A stretch of DNA of 64,000 bases from the human T2T-CHM13v2.0 reference genome, Homo sapiens, in assembly GCF_009914755.1 (NCBI RefSeq), contig NC_060938.1. The stretch is one strand, 5' to 3'. The translations under genes were made by a program, and so were the position numbers. Positions 1 through 12,062 of this stretch are shown piece by piece (position 1 is the first letter of the stretch; every line of letters begins with the position of its first letter). The notes under the pieces are model-generated. The model ran no database searches. It had not been told where the DNA came from and was given only the letters and a program-made list of their open reading frames with translations.

Positions 1-1270
1 ATAATTACAGTTGTCACATTCTCTTGCTGTACTGACACCTACATTATTATATAATGGCCTTTTTGTGTTTTTTAGTGTTTTTGACTAAAGGTCTATTTTA
101 TCTAAGTATAGCTATTCCTGTTTCCTTTTGATTTCCATTTGCATGGAATATCTTTTTTCATCCCTTCACTTTCAGTGTATGCATGTCTTTATAGGTGAAG
201 TGAGTTTCTTAGAGGCAGCATATAGTTTGGTCTTTTTCTCTTGTTTATCCATTAAGCCCGTCTATGTCTTTCAATTGGAGAAGTGAATCCATTTACATTC
301 ATTGTTACTATTAATATATAAGGACTTACTATGCCATTTTGTTGCTTGTTTTCTGGTTGTTTCATAACTCCTCTCTTCCCTTCTTCCTTCATGTTAAGTG
401 ATTTTCTTTTGTAGTATGTTTTCATTCTTTATCTTATTTTTAGTGTATCCATTATAGGTTTTTGGTTTGTAGTTACAATGAGGCTTACAAAGAACATCTT
501 ATAGTTATATCAATTTATTTTAAACTGATGACACTTTAAATTTGGTTGCAAAAAGAAAAAAAGAGAAACATTCAAACTAAAAGCCTTTATACTTTAATAA
601 TCCTCCAGTTTTGACTTTTTGATATCTTAATTTATATCTTTTTATATGGATGATCTCTTAGCAAATTATAGTAGCTATTATTATTTTTAATAGTATTAAA
701 CTATTAACTTTTTAATACTTAATATTAATTATCAATAATTAAACTATTTATGTAATAGTATTTAATGATTAATTTAATAGTTTTGCATTCTAGTTTTCAT
801 ACTAAGATATAAGTGGTTTACATACCACAATTACAATTTACAGTATTGTGAATTTGTCTGTATACTCACTTTTACCAGCAAGTTTCATACCTTCAGATGT
901 TTTCTTAGTGCACATTAGAATCCTTTTATTTTAGATTGAAAAATCCATCTGAGCATTTCTTATAAGATATTACTGGTGATGATGAATTCCCACAGCTTTT
1001 CTATATCTGGAAAAGCTTTTTTCTTTTCATTATGTTTGAAGGATAGCTTTTTCAGGTAAAATATCCTTGGTAAACAGGATTTTTTCTTTAGCACTTTGAA
1101 TATGTCATCCCACTTCCTCCTGACCTGCAAGGTTTCCACAGCACAGTCAGCTAACAGTTGTATCAGAGTTGCTATATATGTTCTTTTCTTCTTTACTCTT
1201 TCTGCTTTTTGGATCTTCTGTTTTTCACCTTTGAGAGCTTGATTATTATATGCCTTTGTATAGTCTTATT
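1..1270 (-). mobile_element. Old L1M (L1MA/L1PB-like) relic: ORF2 endonuclease region, inter-ORF and ORF1 3' part
   Basis: Antisense L1 motifs, e.g. TTTCCATTTGCATGGAATATCTTTTTTCATCCCTTCACTTTCAGT (~132-176) and TTTGAAGGATAGCTTT...AGCACTTTGAATATGTCATCCCAC (~1035-1113). The element continues after the nested insertion at 2107. Confidence 0.85.
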
Positions 1271-1281
1271 TGGGTTGAATG

Positions 1282-2096
1282 TTTTTTTTTTTTCATGGTG
1301 TCTCAATGTGATTATTTAATTTTTATTTACAAAATAAACATTATTTTGTAAATAAAATATTTTTTATTTTATAAATAAAAATGTGCAGGTTTGTTATATA
1401 GGTAAACTTGTGTCATGGTTTTGTATAATTTTTTTTTGTCACCCAGGTAATAAATGTAGTACTCACTAGTTGTTGTCTCTGCTCCTCTCCCTCCTTCTTC
1501 ATTTCACCCTCAAGTAGGCCCCCTTGTCTGTTGTTCACTTCTTTGTGTCCACATGTTCTCATCATTTAGCTCCTACTCATAAGTGAGAGCATGCAGTATT
1601 TGTTTTTCTGTTCTTGTATTAGTTTGCTAAGGATAATGGCCTCCAGCTCCATCCATGTTTCTGTGAAGGGCGTAATTTCATTCTTTGTTGTGGCTGCATA
1701 GTGGTCCATGGTGTATATGTACCACATTTTCTTTATCCAGTCTGCCATTAATGGGCATTTAGGTTGATTCCATGTCTTTGCTATTGTGAATATTGCTGCA
1801 GTGAACATCCCTGTACCTGTGTCTTTATAATAGAACAATTTACATTCCTTTGGGCATATAGCCAGTAATGGAATTGCTGGGTCAAATGGTAGTTCCGTTT
1901 TTAGGCCTTTGAGGAATCGCCACACTATGTTCCACAATGGTTGAACTAATTTATAGTCCCACTAACAGTGTATAAGCATTCCTTTTTCTCCACAACCTCA
2001 CTAAAATCTGTTATTATTATTTTTTTTTGCTTTTTACTAATAACCATTCAGACTGGTATGAGATGGTATCTCATTGTGGTTTTTATTTGCATTTCC
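1282..2096 (-). mobile_element. 5'-truncated L1PA13-15-like 3' end nested in older L1M
   Basis: ORF 1566..1937 gives the L1 ORF2 C-terminus (LKTELPFDPAIPLL...WIKKMWYIYTM). T-tract at 1282-1293. TSD TGGGTTGAAT at 1271-1280 and 2097-2106. Confidence 0.9.
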
Positions 2097-2106
2097 TGGG
2101 TTGAAT

Positions 2107-3720
2107 CTTCTTCATGATCTTTGTCCTTTCTGTAACTGGACATTTACATCTTTCTCTAGGTTTAAAAAGTTTCCTGTTATTATTTTTTAAAGTATGCTTT
2201 TTACCCCTTTTCCTTACTCTACTCCCTCTTGAAGATCAATGATGCTTCTATTTCCTCTTTGATCCGTGGATTTCACAAGTGCCTTTGTTTCTTTTCAGTC
2301 TTCTCTTTTTTCTCTTCTGACTGTGTATTTTCATGTAGCATGTCTTTGACCTCACTAACATTTTCTTCTTCTCGATAGGGTTTTCTGCTGAAATTCTCTA
2401 ATATGTTTTTGACTTCATCCATTGTTATTTTCGGCTCTGGGATTGTTCAATTTTCACTATTTTAATCTCTTTGTTAAATTTCTCTGATAAACTTCTGAAT
2501 TGCTTCTGTGTTTTCTTGAAATTTGGTGAGCATCCTCAAAACAGTTCTTTTGAATTCCTTGTCTGAGAGGTCACTATTTTCATCTCTCCAGGGTCTGTCA
2601 CTGACACCTTTTTTAGTTTATTTGGTGAGGTTATATTTTTCTTAATGTTCTTGATAACTGTGGACATATGTCAATATGTTGGCTCTGAAGATTTATTTCA
2701 GTCTTCATAGTGTGGCCTTGTTTCTACCCATCCTTCTTCAGAGAGCTTTCCAGGAATTCGAAGAGGGACTGAATGTTGAGAGCCCGTGGTCACTTCAACC
2801 ATTTTAGCACTAGAGGGTGCACGAAGCCCATCTTTGCTGTGAACCTCTGGCCAACTCCAATGTGCCCAGCCCTGTTATACTTGAGGAATACCAGGGACAG
2901 TTCCCTGTGTCCCCAGGCAAAGTTCCTTACCCACTTTTCTTTCCTTCCTCCAAATGGAAGGAGTAGGTTTCCACAATGTGCCATCTGAAGTTGGGGGAGG
3001 TGTGACACAGGCAGTTTTATGGCCACTGCAGCTGATGTCATGATGAGTCACACCTGAAGCCCACAGCCTCCCAGACTAGCACAGCACTGAGGCTCAGCCA
3101 TGGAAAATAGTTGTTACAGCCCACTTTGCCACCAAATGACTAGAGTAGACTTCAACTCCAAATAAAAGTAATTAATTACAAATGTATTACAAATAAATTT
3201 ACTTTTATTTGGAGTCCAAGTCACTTCAGTCATTTGGTGGTGAAATGGGCTTGGATTTGGGTTCATCTTACTGGGGCCTCAGATTCCCATCTGACCCATG
3301 GTAGGTCTAGGAGCTTTGTCTGGGGGCATTGTCCTGGAATCAGGAGCTGCTGGGTTCTCTCTGGTATTGTGTTTTACTCTGACAAGGCTGGTACTAGTTT
3401 CCAATTCCAAATCTATGTACACTTTCCTCTCACTTTCTCAAGTGGACAGATTTTCTGCATTATACTGCTTGGGGTTGGGGGAGCAGTGGTGTAGGCAACG
3501 TGAGATTGTCTTTCCTACCCTCTTAAATGTATCTTTTCTAATTATTATGCTAAAACCGGGTACTGTGATCTATCACTGGTTTCTTTTTGGTGTTGTTGTT
3601 GTTGCTGTTGTTTTCTCCTGTAAAGGTGTTTTCTTGCATGGATAGTTGTTAAAAAACTGATGTTTCTCTGGAGAGATGATTGCTAGAGGGTTCTATTCTA
3701 TTTTCTTTTTCCCCCTCCCT
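2107..3720 (-). mobile_element. Continuation of old L1M: ORF1 5' part and 5'UTR
   Basis: Antisense ORF1-like sequence at 2107-2720. The terminus at 3490-3720 is homologous to the reverse complement of the L1 5' end at 63185-63370 (AAAACC.G.T.C.GT.AT...AAAGGTG.TTTCTT..TG.ATAGTT). Confidence 0.75.
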
Positions 3721-3729
3721 TCTACCACA

Positions 3730-6700
3730 ATTTTTTTCTATTTACCTGCTAATAAATGTTGCACTGCTTCTAATTTTAAGCTATGAAAAATAAGTTCCTA
3801 TGCATATTTATGTAAAAGGTTTTCTTGTGTACATGTGCTTTCATTTGCAGAATCACTGAGGTACATAATAAGTGTAAATTGAGTTGTCTTAAAAAATACC
3901 AAACACTTTTTCAAAGTAATTATAACATTTTACATTATAAAAGAGGATAATTTCCAACTGCCTTATATCATAAAAATTGCTTTATATTGCCAGTCTATTT
4001 AAATTTAGACATTCTAATGTGTGTGCATTGGTATCTTAAATATTTCGTTGATAGCTAATGCATGTATTTTATGTACTATTGGCTTTCTTTATTTATATCC
4101 AAAATCTTTATCTTTACCAATTTAAAACTGTTGACTGTCATCTTAAAATTGACTTCTAAAAGTGCTTTTTATATTCCAGATGTAAGTCTTTTATCAAATA
4201 TAAAAATCACAAATATTTTTTCCCATTCTGTAACTTGCCTTTTCATTTTCCTAATACTAACTTTTGAAGAGCAGAAAGTTTCAATATTTGTGAAGTACAA
4301 TTTGTCAATTTTTAAATTTGTTCTTTTGGGTTCTTATGTAAGAAATCTTTGTATAACCCAAGGTTACAAACATTTCTCCTTCATTTTCTCCTAACAGCTA
4401 AATAATTTATCATTTGGATTCATCAACATTTTGAGTTAACTTTTGTATATGGTATAAAGGTTGAGGTTCTTTTTTAAGAAATCAATTTTCATTTGTTTCA
4501 GTACTACTTGTTTAAAAGACTATCATTACCTTGCTCATTGAATTCTGTATTTCTGAATTCTGTTCTATCCATTGATTTCTATGTCCATCTTCATGTTAAT
4601 GCATCACTGTCTTGAATGCTATGGCTATATTGTAAATCTTGAAATGATGTATGTCAGACCTCCAACTGGTCCACTTTTCAAAAGTGTTTTGGCTATTCAA
4701 GATCTTTTGTGTTTCCTATAAAGTTTAGAATCAATGTTTTAATTTCTGAAGTAAATCTGCCCAGGTTTTGATTTGAGTTGTATTTGCAAACAAATTTAGA
4801 AATAGTTAATTTTTATCAATATTGTTGCTTATTTTAAACATATTTATTTTTACAATTTCTAATAATTTTTAAAGAAATGTGTCATACTTTCTATTGAAAT
4901 AGATCGCCTGTATATTTTTAAAATATGTTCTTTAGTATTTAATGCTTTTTGATACTTGGGTAAAAGGCAAGAATATATCTTTAAAATTCTAATTATGCGT
5001 CACTAATGTGTAGAAATAAAATTGTTTTTCGTTTATTCACCTGGTATCTGATGAGCTTATCAAACTCATTTACTGGTTTTAGTAGATATTTTGTAGATTA
5101 ACTGGGATTCTCCAGTTAAGCCATTAGGTGGTCTGCAAATACTGCTTTACTTTCTCCTTTCTAATTTTTATTTTATTATTTGTTTATTTCTTTAAAAACG
5201 TTCTGTCTTTAACCATTCTTTGTAATATTAACTGGTGTTTTTCTAGGTGTCTTCATTAGGTTAAGAAAGTTTCCTTCAAATACTTTTAAAGTACTTATTG
5301 TGATAATTATATGATTTTGCTCTTTTTAATATTTTAATATCGTGAATTACAAGGATTTGTTTTTTAATGTTAACTACCTTGCATTCTTTGGATAAACCCT
5401 ATGGTCATGCAGCATTATGATTTTGTGGACTCTTTAGCTAAAATTTTGTTAAGGCTTTTGGCTTTATTTATGAAGGATAGGTTTATCATATACAATGTTT
5501 TTGATTTTTTTTTTGTTTATGCCTGCATCTAAAATGTGGCTTTCTGTTGCTTTCTGACCTTCATTCTTTTTAATAAAAAGTCAAGTATCATTATATATTT
5601 TGTTGCTCTCTATGTAAAGTATCTTTTCTCCTCTGGTTTCTTTCAAGATTTTCTTTTTATCACTGGATTTCAGCAGTATGTCTAGTATGTGTCTGCATGT
5701 GGTCTCTTTGTATCTATATGCTGCTTGGTGTCTGCAGAGCTTTTTGAGTGTGTAATTTGTATGTTTCAGCACATTAGTGGTACTTGGAGACATTAAATTT
5801 TTTCAATTTTTTTTTCTTTTTACCAAACTCCAGCTGTGAATCTAATTACATATGGAATAAACTACTTAAAATTGTTCCGTAAGTCACAGAGGCTCTGCTT
5901 ATTTTTCTCCATTTTCCCCCCTTTTTATCAGATAGTAAAATTCCTATTGGTAAATCATTAAGGCACTTATATTTTCTTCTACCAATTTCAATTTGCTGTT
6001 AAGTTCATTCATCGGATATTTTCATTTTATTTATGGCACTTTTACTTCTAGAATTTGTATTTGGTTCCTTTAAATTTTTTTTTTTACTTTTTACTACATT
6101 TCCAATCTGTTTATTTCTTAAAACTTTTCCTCAAATATTTGAACATATTATAACTACATCATCCGAGTACTCTCAGAGTTGGTTTTTACTGAGTTGTCTT
6201 TTTCCTTGATTATTGTCATATTTTCATTTTTTCCCATGTTTATTAATTTTTTTTTCTGATATGTGACAATTTGAATAATAAATTACGGTGATCCTCGATT
6301 TCAGTGTCACTCTGCAAACTATTTAAACTTGTATAGCAGGTAGTTAACATGGCTGGATTCAAACTAAACTTTGCCTGCTCTGCAATGAGTAGCAACCAAA
6401 ATATCTATTCAGTGATTTGTTTCTAACTGACAAATGTTGTTGGGCCTACTGCTTTTTCCCCTTTATATGCATAGTTCAATCATCAGCCAAAAATGTGAAT
6501 GCATTCATATACAGATTTTGAAACTCATTCATTCTATAGCTTTTCTCTTGTCCAGAATTCCCATCGTCTTTAGTCACTCTACCAGAACTGAACTCAACCC
6601 TCTCATATTTCCAGCCAATAATGCTACAGTTTTATGCCACCTTTTTTTTTTCTTTTTAGGAACTGATACACTTTTACAATTTGTAGCTGCTTTTGGTCAC

Positions 6701-6830
6701 TTTCTAATTTCTTTAAATACTTGTCTTTGTAGGGTTTTTCTTTTTTTTGAGATATTATAATTGTTTTCTGTAGCAGGGTGAGTTTACACAACCTACCTGG
6801 CTATTTCCAGATACCAGAACTTTTTCAGTT
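3730..6830 (-). mobile_element. Highly diverged ancient L1M (L1ME/L1MD-like) fragments, ORF2 to ORF1/5' region
   Basis: Antisense L1-like blocks (AAATATTTTTTCCCATTCTGTAACTTGCCTTTTCATTTTC, TTTGAAGAGCAGAAAGTTT, GGTTAAGAAAGTTTCCTTC). ORF 5581..5793 (-) resembles ORF1 (RHILDILLKSSDKKKILKETRGEK). Confidence 0.7.
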
Positions 6831-7109
6831 CATTTTTTATAACCTAACTCACTACTACCTATATTTGATTTTATATCTATCACCTTACTGTTTCCTTTCT
6901 CTGTGGTTCATCTATTCTGTGTATCGCCTATCTTTTCTTGAATTGTTTTTTAATTGTTTGATACTTTATAACTATGAAATAATAGGACAGAAAAAAGTTA
7001 AAACTTTATGGCTATTCTTTTCGTAGTTAACCTAGAAATTATAAAATAAATTCTTTATTTATCAAGGTCTACTGTTTATACTTTTATTGTATTCTGGGAC
7101 AACCCAGTG

Positions 7110-7345
7110 ATAGAGATATCTACATGTTTATACCTCTAGATAAATATTTATATAGATAGATGTATATATTTATAAACATACAAAATATATTCCATAAGTA
7201 TAAATGCATTCATAATATTTATAAATATGAATAAGCATATGTAATCATATAATCTGTATAATACAGAATACATCATATATTTATACTTATAAACATAAAT
7301 ATAAATACATAAATACACACACACATGCACGTACATACGTATCTA
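7110..7345. repeat. AT-rich (TA/CA) low-complexity tract with nested inverted repeats
   Basis: Composition seen directly. ATAAGTATAAAT and ATTTATACTTAT form an inverted pair, and TCTGTAT-A-ATACAGA forms a hairpin. Confidence 0.8.
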
Positions 7346-8624
7346 TATTTTCCCTGCAATCATTGTTAGAATTTTTTTAATACAGGCAGTATATTCCCAT
7401 TGTCCCTTACATACTTTTTTTAAAATCTATATTTTTTTTGTGAGTTATATTGGGAGCATTTTCCTTCTGCTGAAAAAATTGCTCTAGATTTTCCTTTAGT
7501 GGAATATTGTTCTAGCAATTCTTCATTGTCTTGTGTCTTCCCCAATGCCCTTAAGCAAAGTGATAGTGTACATTTGTAAATCTTTCCTTATTGTTCATAA
7601 CATGAGAGGTTATGCTTAAATTTTAATTGCCAGTTTATATATTTTCAAGTTTCTTAAAAATATATGTATTAAAAATCATTACTTTTAAGAGTACCACAAT
7701 ATTTAATTCTGTGTTTCTCTCAAGATTTTTAACTAGTTCTTTTTGTTTGATTATTTACAAGTTTAATTTAAATAAAATATCTGAAAGAAACTTTCTTTTT
7801 CCTAAATCTTCATGATAACATCTAAATTTTTCTTGGAATAAATTATAATGAATTTCTAGTAATATAATTTGTGCTGTATATCTTTTAAGATTATACATTG
7901 CCCTGCAAAAGGCAGAAAGTGACTCATCTGTCTTACAACACCTTTAAGAGGACTTTTTATGGATGCTGAGGAAGGCCGTCTTTTATTTTACTTTCTCTTT
8001 TTAATTAGATGTGATTATTTCAGCTCTCTGGTAATTGGTTAACAGAGAGTTTCAATATTTAAAACATGTTAATTCTTTGTGTTTTTTGTTTGTGAATTTT
8101 TCATGTGTATTAGTTACTTTTCTCCTGAGAAATTATATTTTTATTGTTTTAGAATGTATGTATATATTAAAATAATATTTTTTTTTCAGTTATAAGTGAG
8201 CAAATATTTTCCTCATCTTTTTGGATTTCCTTTTGCTTATATTTTTCCACAAGTAAAATATCACATTTTGGACAGTAAAATCTATCAGATTTTTCATTCA
8301 TTTACATTTTACTTTTATCTTTATGCTTAAACATCAGTGATAACATAAATATTTACACGTATTGTTGTAATTTTATATATTTTAATTTTTTTGAAATAGT
8401 TGACTTCTTAGTCTGCCTAAAAATTTATTTCATTGGTCTTTACTGGCATCTCTGCATAACTGAATGTTTCTCATTTTTAGGTCTTAGCTCCTTAAAGAGA
8501 ATTTTCTTGACCTGTTCCTCTGTTTCTGCAGGTTCTTTCAATCTGCTTTGTGGATTTCCTTCTAAGTAACTTTTTATCCAAAAATGTTCTTGGTTATTTG
8601 CCTATTTCTTAAACAGTATTGCTC

Positions 8625-8750
8625 TCCTTTAATTAGAATGTAAGTTTCATAAAGGCAAGCATGTTTTATACTTTATTTTTCTTTATTATTTTAGTTTTGT
8701 AACTACCCTGCACATATTAGAAATGCAAATATATTTGTTGAATGAATAAT
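8625..8750 (+). mobile_element. L2 3' end fragment
   Basis: TAGAATGTAAGTTTCATAAAGGCAAG...GCACATATTAG...ATATTTGTTGAATGAATAA matches the L2 3' terminus. Confidence 0.7.
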
Positions 8751-9431
8751 TTATTATACCAATTATTGTTGCTTTAAAACTTTTAAAATGGGAGTATCAG
8801 ACCCTTTTTGTTTCTTTTTCACAATTTCTTCACTATTATGAGATTATTATTCAAAACTTCTTTTATAATCAACCACTGTCAATTTATCAAAATAATAGTA
8901 ATTTTTTCAAATTGCTAAATCATCTTAAAAACTAAACAAAATAAATAAAAATGCCTGTCTAAAGTGAGAAAGTGATACATCAGGAAGAAAAATGACCTCC
9001 ACAGATACTTACCAGGGAGATAGAAAAAAATTTTAACTGCTAATAGTATTCTAAAATAACCACAATTCATTTTTCTCATCTGTTCATTCAGTCCTTATAA
9101 TTATTTCTTGTCCAGCTGGATTTTGGTTCAGCACTAACCTTTCATAATATCATCTGCTTCTGGGCTAAAACGAGTTCTGAAAATCCTGATTCATTTCTTG
9201 GCACAGTCTCACTGTGGTCTACTCATGGTAATAATGTCAGCATATGCTGGAATCTCAAATATGCAAGAGACTACTAATTGCAGAAGAATTAATACTATCC
9301 AAATACAGGCCCTTCTGTTAAGGCTCTGAAATTGCTCATTTTTACTGAATATCTGCTTTCTTGCCAATTAACATAGGGGAACCTTGAGATAAGCGATGCT
9401 TAGATTGAATGGCTCTGGTTAATTATTGCAG

Positions 9432-9521
9432 AAATCACCAGTATTAGAATCAACAAGAGTTGACATTTACCACTGGAATGAACACATCCTATTTAATGAA
9501 AATTTGACCAATATGTTCCCG
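9432..9521 (+). other. Candidate 90-nt exon (unverified)
   Basis: TTATTGCAG| acceptor and CCG|GTGAGT donor. Frame 0 is open (KSPVLESTRVDIYHWNEHILFNENLTNMFP). The surrounding sequence is unique. The peptide is not recognised. Confidence 0.25.
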
Positions 9522-10055
9522 GTGAGTAAGAATATATTATAAAGAGGGGGATAGTGAAGAATTTCCAAAGCCTTCCAATACATCCTGTAAAAGTAAATAT
9601 TTATGCTAATAAATATCTACCTATACAAAAATTTTAACATGAAATAAAAACTGGAGATATTTCGGACACATAACAGAAAAGGAACAATTTTCTACCTACA
9701 TAAAAACTCATATAAATTAAGTAAAAGATGAATAACCTCAAAGAAAAGAACAAAATTTGTGCCTATACGTTTAAAAATGAAGTAATACAAATAATATTTC
9801 TAAACTTTACTAGTAGTTTAAAATGTAAACTCAGTTTAAGCCTGTGTTGTTCAAAAATCAACTGTTATTATTTTATAGCACTTTCAGTTTCTTTCATCAT
9901 TGATCAAGTCAGCTTTTTCTCATCTTTAATCTTTTATACTAATATATAATATATGTTTTTCTAGAAAATTGTCCTTTTCACTGGCAACATTAGTTATATA
10001 GTTTTATTATTTAGAAATCTCTTCTATGTTTGTGTCTAGTTCATTTATCTTAGTT

Positions 10056-11090
<1,035 letters not shown>

Positions 11091-11107
11091 TTTTAATTTG
11101 AAATGCA

Positions 11108-11700
11108 TAGTAGACAAAATTTTAGAATAATCCCCAATTACCCAACTCTGTATAACCTCATCTTGAATACAGGTAGCATCTGTAGTTTTTTTTTAGCAAT
11201 CGAATATGGCAAAGGCGAGGGCATATTATTTCCATGATTACATTACATTACATTATTTCTTAATGGTGAAGGGGTTTTAAAGATGCACTTAAGATTTCTA
11301 ATTAGGTAAGTTCTAGTTAACGAAAATGGAGATTATTTGACTATGCCTGATCTAATCAGGCAGAATTTTTTTTTTTTTAAAAAGTCCAGAAGTCACAGGA
11401 TCTGTCTTGCTGGTCTTAAAGAAGCAAGTCATCATGACTTCTATAGTTACAAGAAGATGAATTCTGTAGACAATCACTTGAGCTTGGAAGGCCACAATCA
11501 TCATGAATACTTGATCCCTAGCTGACATCTTGATTGCTGAACAGGGGGCTTGTTTAAATTGTGTTTGAACTTCTGACCCACAGAAACAGTGAAATAATAA
11601 ATGTATGTTGCTCTATGTCTCTATGTACACTTCTGCTAATTTGATATATGCTCTATGTCTCCACATACACTTCTGGTAATTTGCAATAACCAAAAATGAA
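11108..11700 (+). mobile_element. MaLR LTR, MLT1E/F-like
   Basis: GAATATGGCAAAGG, GGAGATTATTTG...CCTGATCTAATCAGG and TTCTGACCCACAGAAACAGTGAAATAATAAATGTATGTTG. Confidence 0.75.
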
Positions 11701-11704
11701 AAAA

Positions 11705-11905
11705 AGAATTTGATACCTAGAAGTGAAGTGCTGCTGATCTAATAAATGCTTACAAATATGATTTCAGCTTTGGAATTGGGCAGAAGCTAGGGAGATTTTG
11801 AGGAGAATGGTATTGAAATCCTAATTTTCTTCCACAAGATTATTAGAAAAAATGCACACTGAGGATGCTCCTATGAAGGCTTAGAAGGAAGTGAGGAAGG
11901 GGTAT
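11705..11905 (+). mobile_element. MLT1 internal (MaLR-int) 5' fragment
   Basis: GAATTTGATACCTAGAAGTGAAGTGCTGCTG directly after the LTR, then CAGCTTTGGAATTGGGCAGAAGCTAGGGAGATTTTGAGG and GAAGGCTTAGAAGGAAGTGAGGAA. Confidence 0.7.
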
Positions 11906-12020
11906 AAGTTATTGTGGGCCAGAGGATGGATTCTGAAAGACTAATACTAAATATATTTGTCACGATTGTTGAATTTTTAAAATTTATTTTAAATCCATAG
12001 AGGAGAGTTTATATTTCCCT

Positions 12021-12062
12021 TAACTTTATTTGGAAATAAATAACTTTATTTGGAAATAAATA
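12021..12062. repeat. Perfect 20-bp tandem duplication
   Basis: TAACTTTATTTGGAAATAAA x2 (+TA). Confidence 0.95.

Noticed and set aside
3298-3645. Peptide similar to that of ORF 63256..63480 (MLKPGTVI vs MILKPDSVI), suggesting a duplicated gene or giant inverted repeat
   Set aside because: Both are antisense readings of related old L1 5' ends. They are independent insertions and too diverged to be a specific duplication.
9006-9030. ATACTTACCAGGGAGATA followed by an A-run resembles the U1 snRNA 5' end (ATACTTACCTGGCAGGGGAGATA)
   Set aside because: Only ~18 nt, needs two gaps and has no TSD. It is equally explained as a chance minus-strand GTAAGT donor motif.
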